This document shows positions 1 through 8,148 of a stretch of 12,749 nt of DNA, piece after piece. The position numbers were made by a program, and so were the translations under genes. Under the pieces are notes generated by a model, which ran no database searches, had not been told where the DNA came from, and worked only from the letters and a program-made list of their open reading frames with translations. Source of the DNA: a virus (taxonomy: Duplodnaviria; Heunggongvirae; Uroviricota; Caudoviricetes); the IMG/VR virus record IMGVR_UViG_2713896779_000017; one strand, written 5' to 3'. Position 1 is the stretch's first letter. Each line of letters starts with the position of its first letter.

Positions 1-2465
1 CCCGCCTGTCCGTTGGTGCCGTCGTTCTGAATCACCACGTGATTGTTCTGATTAAAATTAATGCCTTCCGTCCGCCGCATCTGCGCCGAACTTCCGGCAC
101 CGCCCACATAACCACCTTCCGCATAGCCCCGCATCAGGCGGTACAGGTTGCCGACGCCAATCCGGCTGGTTGCTTCCTTCGTGAAGACAAACTCCCCGCG
201 ATGAACAATTCCCGCAGGTTCATATTTACCCCCCGTCCCCGTAAATCCCCCGGTCGCGAAATGGAAGTTCGCCGCCGCAGCCTGAATGGCCGTCCCCGTG
301 GAGGCAGACGCACCACCACCGAAAGCACCGCCAATGGCGCTGCCGATACTCCCGACTATCCCCACCATCGCCTGCTTCAGAAAAATCTCTGTCAGCATGG
401 AGAGCACAGAACGGGTGAAACCACGCCAGTTCTGTTCGCTGCCGGTCAGCATCGCTGCCATATTCTGTGCAATACCGTCAAAGGTCTGCGTGGCCACGCT
501 TTTAACCTGCGAAAAACTNNNNNNNNNNNNNNNNNNNNNNNNNNNNNNNNNNNNNNNNNNNNNNNNNNCACGAAGCTGCTCCTCCGCAGACCAGGTGTTC
601 TTCAGTGCCGATGTGGCCTTCGCCAGCGCATCCGGATTATCACCGTACACGTCACGAAGGCGCTGCTCTTCCGACTCCCGCTGCGCCTGACGGTCGGTGA
701 GGCCCCGCGCCTGGGCACTGATTGCCGCCTGCTTCGCGCCCTGCTGCTGCTCAAACCGCGCAGCCTGCTGTGCCAGCTCATTCAGCCGTTTCTGGTGTTC
801 AACTTTGTCTCCCAGCTCAGCCAGCTGGCGTTTGTACTCCAGCGTCTCTTTCTCATGGGTCAGCAGGGATTTTTCCTGCTCAGATAACTGCCGTTTCGTG
901 GCTGCCTCTTTCAGGACCGCATACTGATTTTCCGCTTTCCATAAATCGCGACGCTGCTGGCTGATTTTCTCATTCGCACCGCTGTGTTTTTCCAGCGTCC
1001 GGAGCTCGGTTTCAAGCGCCAGCAGGGCAGCATGCGCCTGGTCTTCCTGACGCTCACCGGCTGACACTTTGACTCCTGACGACTTCGGCTTTTTCAGCGT
1101 CGATTCATAATCCTTTTTCGCCGCCGCCATCAGCGTGTTGTAATCCGCCTGCAGGATTTTCCCGTCTTTCAGGGCCTTATTCAGTTCTTCCTGACGGGCG
1201 GTATATTTCTCCAGCGGCGTCAGCAGACGCTCATACGCCTTCTGCGCCTCTCCGGTATACTTCAGCTGTGATGCGTCCCGTTCGGCCCGGTCCCTGGCGG
1301 CCAGTTCACCGGCTTTTTCCATATCCGACTGCAGCGTGGCCGCTGCCAGCCCCAGACGGGCATTTTCCCGGTCATTCCATGCACCCTGAAGGTTCGCACG
1401 AAAAGAGGCGGTTTTTCCCCGGCGCTGGCTCCGGCTCTGGTACCACTGCCATTTTTTATCCGCCTCATCAAATGCCTTCTGTGCACTGGCGAGCATATCC
1501 GCTGAGGACTCAGGACGACCGATATCCAGAATGGCATCCCACATCGATTTGAATGCCTTCCCGGTTTTATCCGCCCAGGTCTCCAGTGTCCCCATGTTTT
1601 CTTTCAGGCGACGGGTCTGCTCATCAAAGCCTTTCGTGGCGATATCGTTCGCCGCCTGTAAGGCCCCGGCCTCATCACCGGAACGCTGCAGCTGCGCAAC
1701 ATACGCAATCTGCTCTGCCGTCACGTTACGGAACTGGCGCGCCATCGCAATCAGCCCCGACGTAGGGTCGGTGGTCAGTTTTCCGAAAGCCTCTGCAACC
1801 TTGTCCACCTCCACACCGGATGCAGAAGCAAAACGCGCGACACTCTGGTTGATGGCATCAAACTGTTCACCACCACGCACACCGGCATTCACCAGGGCTG
1901 CCAGTGACTCACTCGCCTGGTTAAACGTCAGCCCTGCGGCCTGTCCGGCTCTGGAGAGCGTCAGCATGCGATCGGCAGTCAGTCCGGACTGATTACCGGA
2001 AAGAACCAGGGTTTTATTAAACGCTGAAAGCGTGGAATCCCCCTGGTACCAGGCGTACGCCAGCGCACCTGTCGCCACCGCCAGCGAGGTGACCCCGACC
2101 ATCGGCAGGGTGATCGCACCGGCAAGCCCCCTGAACATGGGGATCATCCCGCCGAAGGAGTCCTTCACCTGACCGCCCTGTTGCAGCAGGATCAGCCAGG
2201 GATTCTGACCACCGGCAAGCTGCGTGGCGATATCCGTAAACTGTGCGGGCAGGGTTCGCATGGCCGCTTTATACTGCCCGACGGAAATCCCGGCTTTTTG
2301 TGCAGCCAGCGCCTGGCGGCTCAGGCCCTGTTCAACAGCACTGGCGGTTTTTCTGGCGTCGGTATCCAGACCTGAAAAATGACGCCTTACCCGGCTCATC
2401 TGCTCATCGAAACGGACCGCATCCAGACTAAGGTCAATAACAAGATCACCAACCGGCTGGGACAT
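1..2465 (-). CDS. H: Tail tape measure protein (lambda gpH-like); 3' partial, C-terminus lies beyond window start; interrupted by the N gap at 519-568
   Basis: Minus-strand ATG at 2463-2465 preceded by GGAGG (plus 2474-2478). My own translation begins MSQPVGDLVIDLSLDAVRFDEQMSRVRRHFSG and continues with long stretches matching lambda gpH as I recall it (e.g. GISVGQYKAAMRTLPAQFTDIATQLAGGQNPWLILLQQGGQVKDSFGGMIPMFRGLAGAITLPMVG; LKYTGEAQKAYERLLTPLEKYTARQEELNKALKDGKILQADYNTLMAAAKKDY). Below the gap the same frame reads SQVKS..QTFDGIAQNMAAMLTGSEQNWRGFTRSVLSM..GKYEPAGIVHRGEFVFTKEATSRIGVGNLYRLMRGYA. Absent from the ORF track, probably because the frame runs off the window edge without a stop. Confidence 0.9.
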   Translation of the reverse strand, partial: MSQPVGDLVIDLSLDAVRFDEQMSRVRRHFSGLDTDARKTASAVEQGLSRQALAAQKAGISVGQYKAAMRTLPAQFTDIATQLAGGQNPWLILLQQGGQVKDSFGGMIPMFRGLAGAITLPMVGVTSLAVATGALAYAWYQGDSTLSAFNKTLVLSGNQSGLTADRMLTLSRAGQAAGLTFNQASESLAALVNAGVRGGEQFDAINQSVARFASASGVEVDKVAEAFGKLTTDPTSGLIAMARQFRNVTAEQIAYVAQLQRSGDEAGALQAANDIATKGFDEQTRRLKENMGTLETWADKTGKAFKSMWDAILDIGRPESSADMLASAQKAFDEADKKWQWYQSRSQRRGKTASFRANLQGAWNDRENARLGLAAATLQSDMEKAGELAARDRAERDASQLKYTGEAQKAYERLLTPLEKYTARQEELNKALKDGKILQADYNTLMAAAKKDYESTLKKPKSSGVKVSAGERQEDQAHAALLALETELRTLEKHSGANEKISQQRRDLWKAENQYAVLKEAATKRQLSEQEKSLLTHEKETLEYKRQLAELGDKVEHQKRLNELAQQAARFEQQQGAKQAAISAQARGLTDRQAQRESEEQRLRDVYGDNPDALAKATSALKNTWSAEEQLRXXXXXXXXXXXXXXXXXSFSQVKSVATQTFDGIAQNMAAMLTGSEQNWRGFTRSVLSMLTEIFLKQAMVGIVGSIGSAIGGAFGGGASASTGTAIQAAAANFHFATGGFTGTGGKYEPAGIVHRGEFVFTKEATSRIGVGNLYRLMRGYAEGGYVGGAGSSAQMRRTEGINFNQNNHVVIQNDGTNGQA
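519..568. other. Scaffold gap (50 N) inside the tape measure gene
   Basis: Run of 50 n characters. The H reading frame is the same on both sides (codon first bases congruent 2 mod 3), so the placeholder happens to preserve frame as 17 codons; true length is unknown. Confidence 0.95.
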
Positions 2466-3317
2466 ATCTCACACCTCCGGAAATCCCCGCTGAAGCCATC
2501 ATTAATGCGGCATCATCCACCATGACATCCGCCACATCCGCAGACGATAAAATATCGCGCCCTCCGTCCCCACCGAACCGGACGCCTCCGGCAAGTCCTG
2601 CCGCTTTCTGCATCAGCATTTTGTCCTCATCCGGCCTCTCCACCTGCTCTTCCTCATGCCGGGGGACAAGCAGACTGAAATCAGAGGGATGCATATCCGG
2701 ATCGCAAAAAAACAGGCTGAGTACAGCGTACGTCAGCCCGGAAAAATGCATATCCAGTTGGGTATCGTGAAAATAATGCGTGCGGTAAAAATGTCGCCAG
2801 TCGGCATATTCGGTGGATGTCATCCCGGCAAGCATGGCGCGCCAGTCAGGCCTCCCCATCTCACGCGCCAGTCTGAGGGCAAAATTCAGCTCGCCGTCGA
2901 AGACTTTCCCGCAGAAAAATCATCATCAGTCAGCGCGTTATTTTTCGCCACTTCGGTAATATCCGTATCCACATGAACAGGCCCGCTCATCCCGGACAGA
3001 CGCAACACCACATCTTCCGCCCGGGCAATGGCATCAGCAGGCCAGGTGGTCAGGACTTCCTGCTCAATCTGCATCACGGCCTCATTCATTGACGGTGACC
3101 CCGTTTTCTGCGGATGGTTATGCCACAGGGACATCGCCACCAGAAACGCGCCGGTTCTGACGAGATCTTCCACGCTTACCTGCAGGTTGCCGCTGGATTC
3201 TGCCTGTTCTGCACGCCGTTTCAGGAGGGCAAGATGCTCAATACGCTGCAGCGCAGACAATTCGGAAAGCGTGACAGACACACCGTTATATTCAAATTGT
3301 TCTGTTTTCAGAAACAT
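2446..3317 (-). CDS. T: Tail assembly chaperone G-T fusion made by -1 programmed frameshift (G frame 3317 down to the slip site at 2904-2910, then T frame down to the stop at 2446-2448)
   Basis: The -1 frame is open from the slippery heptamer through the track ORF 2446..2859; read across the junction it gives ..VFDGELNFALRLAREMGRPDWRAML... Position and the frameshift mechanism match lambda G-T. Confidence 0.75.
2474..2478 (-). promoter_or_regulatory. Shine-Dalgarno (GGAGG) for H
   Basis: Minus-strand sequence CCGGAGGTGTGAGAT immediately 5' of the H ATG. Confidence 0.6.
2886..3317 (-). CDS. G: Tail assembly chaperone (lambda gpG-like)
   Basis: Translation MFLKTEQFEYNGVSVTLSELSALQRIEHLALLKRRAEQAESSGN..GAFLVAMSLWHNHPQKTGSPSMNEAVMQIEQEVLTTWP matches lambda gpG. 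ATG at 3315-3317 with GGAGG 7 nt upstream (plus 3324-3328). The track ORF 2886..3398 starts at a duplicated copy of this ATG beyond the N gap and reads through the Ns; that extension is an artifact. Confidence 0.9.
   Translation of the reverse strand: MFLKTEQFEYNGVSVTLSELSALQRIEHLALLKRRAEQAESSGNLQVSVEDLVRTGAFLVAMSLWHNHPQKTGSPSMNEAVMQIEQEVLTTWPADAIARAEDVVLRLSGMSGPVHVDTDITEVAKNNALTDDDFSAGKSSTAS
2904..2910 (-). promoter_or_regulatory. -1 programmed ribosomal frameshift slippery heptamer G_GGA_AAG at the G/T junction
   Basis: Minus-strand codons in the G frame read GCG GGA AAG TCT TCG ACG GCG AGC TGA, i.e. X_XXY_YYZ = G_GGA_AAG six codons before the G stop, the same heptamer and position as in lambda. 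Confidence 0.85.
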
Positions 3318-3338
3318 GTATGACCTCCGTTTACCCTG
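3308..3338. repeat. 31-bp exact duplicate of 3389-3419 flanking the N gap (contig-end overlap artifact)
   Basis: tcagaaacatgtatgacctccgtttaccctg occurs immediately before and immediately after the 50-N run. Confidence 0.9.
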
Positions 3339-3388
3339 NNNNNNNNNNNNNNNNNNNNNNNNNNNNNNNNNNNNNNNNNNNNNNNNNN
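3339..3388. other. Scaffold gap (50 N), probably spurious because the flanking contig ends overlap
   Basis: 50 n characters bracketed by identical 31-mers; merging the overlap gives V stop, a 13-nt spacer containing GGAGG, then the G ATG, which is the expected lambda-like arrangement. Confidence 0.85.
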
Positions 3389-3411
3389 TCAGAAACATGT
3401 ATGACCTCCGT

Positions 3412-4164
3412 TTACCCTGCAGCGCCCGCTTCAGTAACGGTGACTTCAGCTACCGTGGCAAACTGACCATTACCGGAAATCACGGGGATACTCACTTTTC
3501 CAGCCTTAACCCCCGTCACAGTGATCACCATATCTTTCACAGCAATGGTTCCCGTTGACGGATCGGCGGAAACCGCTCTGAACGTCTTGTCGGTTGCACT
3601 TTCCGGCTCAAAAGAAACAGTCAGGGTGGTTGTTTTTCCTTTTTCCACGGTACCGGATGTCGGTGTCACCTTAATTGCAGTGGCCGGCGTAATTTCGCTG
3701 CGTTCTTCCGCCACGGAAGGTTTGCCCACGTTGGTCACTTTCACTGTTCGGGTGATCACTTCTTTCGCCGTCACTGCCTTACCGATACTGCTGATCCAGC
3801 CACGAAACACATCCACCGTGCCATTCGGAAAACGGATTTTATAGGCCCGCACATCCCCGCTTTCAAACCAGCCTATAAGCCCTTTCTGACCTTCTTCTCC
3901 CGGTTTCCAGGCCAGTGTAAAACTGGTATCACCTGCAGATTTCTGTCCCTGCCCGGTCGCGCTCCAGTCCGCGTCTTCATCATCCAGGTAGTTATCATCG
4001 TAGGATTCTGCCGTCATCTCGCCCGGCGTCAGATCCTTCACCTTAGCCAGTCGCTGCCAGTCATCATCTGACAACGGGTTTGCATAAGCATCACCCTTGC
4101 CGGTGTAAACCCACAGAGTGGTACCGGCACCTTTTACCGGCGCCAGGGGATTTGGTGTTGGCAT
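3412..4164 (-). CDS. V: Major tail tube protein (lambda gpV-like) with C-terminal Ig-like domain
   Basis: Track ORF of 250 aa; [127 protein letters not shown] matches lambda gpV as recalled. Confidence 0.95.
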   Translation of the reverse strand: MPTPNPLAPVKGAGTTLWVYTGKGDAYANPLSDDDWQRLAKVKDLTPGEMTAESYDDNYLDDEDADWSATGQGQKSAGDTSFTLAWKPGEEGQKGLIGWFESGDVRAYKIRFPNGTVDVFRGWISSIGKAVTAKEVITRTVKVTNVGKPSVAEERSEITPATAIKVTPTSGTVEKGKTTTLTVSFEPESATDKTFRAVSADPSTGTIAVKDMVITVTGVKAGKVSIPVISGNGQFATVAEVTVTEAGAAG

Positions 4165-4171
4165 ATCGTCC

Positions 4172-4567
4172 TCACATCTCGTATGTAATGGAATAAGTCA
4201 AATCTGCAGAGCTCCATAACGCCATATCGTCATCACGACGATAGTCATAGCCCTGCTGAACCATCGTGGTAATCATCCCTGCCAGTGCAGGGATCGCGGA
4301 CATCGCCGGATAAATCCGGGACTCCATCCACGAATCCAGCTCTGAATCCGGCACCTGAGCAGGCAGGAAAACTTCAATATGCAGTGTGGCCCGCCAGGTA
4401 TCCGCATCCAGCTCTTCACCGGTATACTCTGCATCCGTCAGATAAACCGCGACCGCGGGAAAATCCTCTTCGTCAAAAACAACGGGGCGACCATCAAACA
4501 GCGTCGCCCCGTGTTCATGCAGCTCCAGTGCATCCAGCACTGCAGCACGGATATCAGTATGTTTCAT
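4172..4567 (-). CDS. U: Tail terminator protein (lambda gpU-like)
   Basis: 131 aa; [112 protein letters not shown] matches lambda gpU. Its start overlaps the Z stop by 4 nt. Confidence 0.95.
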   Translation of the reverse strand: MKHTDIRAAVLDALELHEHGATLFDGRPVVFDEEDFPAVAVYLTDAEYTGEELDADTWRATLHIEVFLPAQVPDSELDSWMESRIYPAMSAIPALAGMITTMVQQGYDYRRDDDMALWSSADLTYSITYEM

Positions 4568-5097
4568 CGTTTTATCGCAATCCTCAGTTGTTGTTTCAGC
4601 GCATATGCCAGTTCTCCGGGCAGGAGTTCACGCCGGATACGGTCAACGTTTTCATCAAACGCCTGTTTCAGTGGGGCCGCCATCGGGATTTTCACCACAT
4701 CAATGGGGTAACGGTTTTTCCCGGCCACACGCTGCATGACATGCCAGCGACCATTTTTTAATCGCTGAATAAATGCCCGCTGATAACGATGCTGACCGGC
4801 TTTGAGTATGCTGTCCGGACGACGCCCCGGCATCCTGATCCCCAGCTTAATCACCGGGAGATCACCGCGGTTAACGATAATTCTGGCATTCGGATTTCTG
4901 ACCGTGGCCCGTTTCAGTCTGGACCGTTCCTTTACCAGTTTCCGGCTCACCCTGGTCTCCCGGGCAACCTGTGACGAAGACTGATTAATCGCCGTTGTGG
5001 CCACGCGGTTAATGGCCATTGCTGAAGCCGCCGGAATGGCGTTTTTACGAACCCGGCTCAGATTTTCAATCGCCTGATCAAGCCCTTTTATCGCCAT
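4564..5097 (-). CDS. Z: Tail completion protein (lambda gpZ-like)
   Basis: 177 aa; N-terminus MAIKGLDQAIENLSRVRKNAIPAASAMAINRVATTAINQSSSQVARETRVSRKLVKERSRLKRATV and C-terminus AFIQRLKNGRWHVMQRVAGKNRYPIDVVKIPMAAPL match lambda gpZ. Confidence 0.93.
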   Translation of the reverse strand: MAIKGLDQAIENLSRVRKNAIPAASAMAINRVATTAINQSSSQVARETRVSRKLVKERSRLKRATVRNPNARIIVNRGDLPVIKLGIRMPGRRPDSILKAGQHRYQRAFIQRLKNGRWHVMQRVAGKNRYPIDVVKIPMAAPLKQAFDENVDRIRRELLPGELAYALKQQLRIAIKR

Positions 5098-5111
5098 AAT
5101 TCACCCTGCGT

Positions 5112-5465
5112 TTATCGTCGCCGGTTAACTGCCGGTGGTTGCCCACGGTTGAGCCAGAGATAACAACTGCCCCCGTCATCCGGAGAAAGACGATCCACCC
5201 AGAATGTCTCACCATTAATGGTCAGCGTGTCACCACGCCGCACAGCACGAACCGTATCCGTCCGTACAAATAATGACGGGCAGCTTCCTTCAATACGGAC
5301 CCCGCTACCGGCAAACCCCAGCGACTCCGGATCGTCAAAAACCCCCTGAACTTCGCTGCCACACTGTGCCCCCGAGGTGAACTGCGCACAGAGCCCCATC
5401 ACTTCAACAATCGTGCTGTCCACCCCGGCAAGGGCAGCATCAAAGGCATTCTGAAAATCACGCAT
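5112..5465 (-). CDS. FII: Head-tail connector / head completion protein (lambda gpFII-like)
   Basis: 117 aa; GVFDDPESLGFAGSGVRIEGSCPSLFVRTDTVRAVRRGDTLTINGETFWVDRLSPDDGGSCYLWLNRGQPPAVNRRR closely matches the lambda gpFII C-terminal half. Confidence 0.93.
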   Translation of the reverse strand: MRDFQNAFDAALAGVDSTIVEVMGLCAQFTSGAQCGSEVQGVFDDPESLGFAGSGVRIEGSCPSLFVRTDTVRAVRRGDTLTINGETFWVDRLSPDDGGSCYLWLNRGQPPAVNRRR

Positions 5466-5841
5466 GCTCAGCCGTTCCGTGCTGTATCATGGCTGTCGCC
5501 AGTGGTGATGGCACCAGAACACGCATGCCCCGGTACGTCAGTTCAACGGGACGGCCTGTCTCCGGGCAATACCCCATCACATGCAGGCATTTCCGCACAC
5601 GGACCGCTTTAACATCATCCGTAGCATCAGTGTTGTGCAACTGCTCACCATCGTCTGTGTGATTTTGCTCAGGCCCGCTCTCATCACCAGGCATAATGCC
5701 CTCCCGGGAAGCAGCAAGCTCCTCTTCCCACTCAGACACACGTTGCGCAATATCCGCAGCACTCCCCGACATATCCGCCTCGCGCCCCAGCAGGCCAGCC
5801 AGTTGACGAAGACGTTTCTGATTTTCTTCTTTTGTTGCCAT
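5458..5841 (-). CDS. FI: DNA packaging protein (lambda gpFI-like)
   Basis: Position between E and FII, size and acidic central region fit gpFI; direct similarity to lambda is weaker than for neighbours. I place the start at ATG 5839-5841 (MATKEENQKRL), which has AGGGGG 5 nt upstream (plus 5847-5852), rather than the track start at 5889, which is a GTG only 3 nt after the E stop. Confidence 0.75.
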   Translation of the reverse strand: MATKEENQKRLRQLAGLLGREADMSGSAADIAQRVSEWEEELAASREGIMPGDESGPEQNHTDDGEQLHNTDATDDVKAVRVRKCLHVMGYCPETGRPVELTYRGMRVLVPSPLATAMIQHGTAEHA

Positions 5842-5892
5842 ATCAGCCCCCTGTGAAAAAAGACACGGGGGCATTTCGCCTCCGCTCACGGA

Positions 5893-6921
5893 TTATTTCA
5901 CCTGCACCACCACAAACTCATCCGGATCCGGCAGCACCATCAGCGGTGCGGACTGCGTCATGGTAAATTCACGGGCCGGATCGCCCACGGTCAGCCAGTG
6001 TTTCGGGTAACGGGAAGAAGCCACCACACCTTCGGACAACGCCTGCGCATCCTGAATGGCACCGTAACAACGGATCCCATCTGCAGCCGTATTTCCCAGG
6101 ACCAGCGTGCCCTCCGGCAGATAACGTTTTTCGGTACCGTCCTCTGCCACATAAGACGTTTTCGCCACCACAATGGCCAGATCGCCGTAATACCCTTTGA
6201 AAGACACCACCGCCCCCAGGTCTTTCACTGCCGTTTCGAGTTGTGAATTTGAGCCGCGACGGGTATCCAGTTTTTCTCGGAACAGCTTAAAACCATTCAG
6301 CAGACGCCAGACAGTACCGTCCATAATGGCAATATTCACAAGACCGCTGGCCTGATCGCAGTAGAGGTCAATATCATGCGTCGGATCAAACGTATCACGG
6401 TCCTGCTCAGACCATTTTTTACCGTCGGCCTGCTCAATGTTATTTCCTTCAGAGCGTCCAAAATCCACCTCGACAGTATCAAACTGATCCCCTTCCATGG
6501 TGTATTTGCCATACAGCACGGCATTCACCGCCTGCATTTCTTCCACCTGGACAATGGCATGCTCTTCCTGTTTGAGGTTATCGGTGATGATACGCAGACG
6601 ACGGTAGGCCGGGTCGTTCAGTTGAGCCGGATCTTCACCGGGAAGACGCTCAACCGCCTGCTGGTAATTAAATTCGTGTTTCGGCTTGACGTAGCCCGGA
6701 CGTAACACGCGGGTTTCACCACCGCGATGACGCAGCACTTTTCCTTCAACAACCGGGGAGACATAGGCCGCCACCGGCGTTTTTCCGGTAATTTTGTCCA
6801 GCATCACCTCTTCGGTATGGAAATTCACCGTACGGCGGAAAAACAGCTCCAGAAACAGCGCACGAAATTTCACTTTTTGTTCGGTATAACCGAGTAACTG
6901 GCGGGTCGTAAACAATCCCAT
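5893..6921 (-). CDS. E: Major capsid protein (lambda gpE-like)
   Basis: 342 aa; PGYVKPKHEFNYQQ, DPAYRRLRIITDNLKQEEHAIVQVEEMQAVNAVLYGKYTMEGDQFD, KLDTRRGSNSQLETAVKDLGAVVSFKGYYGDLAIVV and GDPAREFTMTQSAPLMVLPDPDEFVVVQ match lambda gpE. Confidence 0.96.
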   Translation of the reverse strand: MGLFTTRQLLGYTEQKVKFRALFLELFFRRTVNFHTEEVMLDKITGKTPVAAYVSPVVEGKVLRHRGGETRVLRPGYVKPKHEFNYQQAVERLPGEDPAQLNDPAYRRLRIITDNLKQEEHAIVQVEEMQAVNAVLYGKYTMEGDQFDTVEVDFGRSEGNNIEQADGKKWSEQDRDTFDPTHDIDLYCDQASGLVNIAIMDGTVWRLLNGFKLFREKLDTRRGSNSQLETAVKDLGAVVSFKGYYGDLAIVVAKTSYVAEDGTEKRYLPEGTLVLGNTAADGIRCYGAIQDAQALSEGVVASSRYPKHWLTVGDPAREFTMTQSAPLMVLPDPDEFVVVQVK

Positions 6922-6978
6922 AAATCAGTTCCTTTCATTCAGAAATCAGTCAGGCCACCGCGGTGGCCTGATAACGTG

Positions 6979-7326
6979 TTACGGCAGCGCCGCGTGACTC
7001 AGGGCACTGCCGGCAAAGGCATTTGCCTTTTTGTGTTCATCCACACTGTCAGGCCAGCGGATTGCCTCCGTCGCAAAGGTCCCCGACTTGTAATACGTCA
7101 GTACCGTCTCTGTGCCTTCAAGCGGCAGTACCAGTATGCCAACCGCACTACCGGCTTTCTGTCCGTCCCAGACCACCAGTTTCCCGCTGGCTTCATCCAG
7201 CATCAGGGGCGTCAGTGCCGGTGTTGCCGAGGAAATCCCGCTGCTGCCTGTGGCGGTATGAGCCGGATCATTACCGGCAAAAATACGTACTTCCGCACGC
7301 TGTTCAGTGATGGTTTTCGTTACCAT
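6979..7326 (-). CDS. D: Head decoration protein (lambda gpD-like)
   Basis: 115 aa; NDPAHTATGSSGISSATPALTPLMLDEASGKLVVWDGQKAGSAVGILV..YYKSGTFATEAIRWPDSVDEHKKANAFAGSALS matches lambda gpD. Confidence 0.93.
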   Translation of the reverse strand: MVTKTITEQRAEVRIFAGNDPAHTATGSSGISSATPALTPLMLDEASGKLVVWDGQKAGSAVGILVLPLEGTETVLTYYKSGTFATEAIRWPDSVDEHKKANAFAGSALSHAALP

Positions 7327-7362
7327 ATTGTAAAAACCTCCTGTTGATGGTCAGCACTGACT

Positions 7363-8148
7363 TCATGGCATAGCCATGAGCATTTTCACGTCCGCATCAC
7401 CGTCTGCTGACGTCTGTGGCACGCCACCCTGTACCGCTGCCGGTGAATGGTTCGCCATGATGCGTTCAAACAGGGCGGTTGTGGATGCAGAGACCGGTTC
7501 TGCCTTACCTGATCCCGCAGCCAGCACAGCCCGGGCGCTCTCCACAGTCATTCCCGGGCAGGCAGCCAGCTGTTCAGCCTGCGCCTCAGCCCCTTTTGCC
7601 TCATCCAGTGCCATGATCTGATCACGGAGTGAGGGTCCGGCATCCGCCTGCGGTGAAGCAGCCAGGATCGGGCGGGCTTTTTCCACCGTCATCTCCGGCA
7701 TCGCCGCCAGCGTTGCCGCCAGTTGTTCACGACCGTTCGCTTCTTCACACGCCATAATGCGATCGGCTTCACTCTGCGTGGATGCCACCGGCTGCTGCGG
7801 TGCCGCCGCGGCCAGAATCGCCCGGGCCTGTTCAACGCTCATGCCCTGTTGTCCTGCCAGCATCGTGGCAAGCTGTTCACGTCCTTTCGCTTCCTGGCAT
7901 GTCAGGATCCCCATCACTCGCTGGTTCTCCTGCGCGGCGGCTTCCGTTGCAGTTAATTGCGGCATAGTGCCTCCTCTGACATTACTGTTCAGCGCCGTGG
8001 CCATCACACTGATGGCATCCGACGCATTGACTAATTCATCCGCCAGCCCGGCATCAATCCCGGACTGACCTTCAAAAACGGCGGCCTCTGTTCCCGTGAC
8101 GGCATCAACAGACAGACCGGTAAACATGGCCACTTTTTCGGCAAACAT
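7363..8148 (-). CDS. Nu3: Possible nested in-frame scaffolding protein (lambda Nu3-like) from an internal ATG of C
   Basis: Internal ATG at 8146-8148 (MFAEKVAMFTGLS) in the C frame, at about the position where lambda Nu3 initiates inside C as I recall it. No strong Shine-Dalgarno seen, so the exact start is uncertain. Confidence 0.4.
   Translation of the reverse strand: MFAEKVAMFTGLSVDAVTGTEAAVFEGQSGIDAGLADELVNASDAISVMATALNSNVRGGTMPQLTATEAAAQENQRVMGILTCQEAKGREQLATMLAGQQGMSVEQARAILAAAAPQQPVASTQSEADRIMACEEANGREQLAATLAAMPEMTVEKARPILAASPQADAGPSLRDQIMALDEAKGAEAQAEQLAACPGMTVESARAVLAAGSGKAEPVSASTTALFERIMANHSPAAVQGGVPQTSADGDADVKMLMAMP

Noticed and set aside
39-887. 282-aa plus-strand ORF, and similar plus-strand ORFs at 1531..1992, 8406..8831, 9464..9970, 10025..10621 and 11441..12115
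   Set aside because: All lie antisense to strongly conserved minus-strand structural genes, are Arg/Pro/Ser/Cys-rich or low-complexity, and 39..887 reads through the N gap. They are typical antisense shadow ORFs, not genes.
2886-3398. 170-aa G ORF beginning beyond the N gap
   Set aside because: It initiates at the duplicated copy of the G start and translates 17 N-derived X residues; the duplication is an assembly artifact and the real start is ATG 3315-3317.
5842-5889. Upstream GTG start for FI at 5889
   Set aside because: It is only 3 nt from the E stop with no ribosome binding site, whereas the ATG at 5841 has AGGGGG at ideal spacing.
7465-7920. Possibility that the gpC repeats are themselves an assembly error
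   Set aside because: The three units are clearly divergent from one another at both protein and DNA level and remain in frame, which argues for genuine diverged copies rather than a collapsed or expanded identical repeat. Long reads would settle it.
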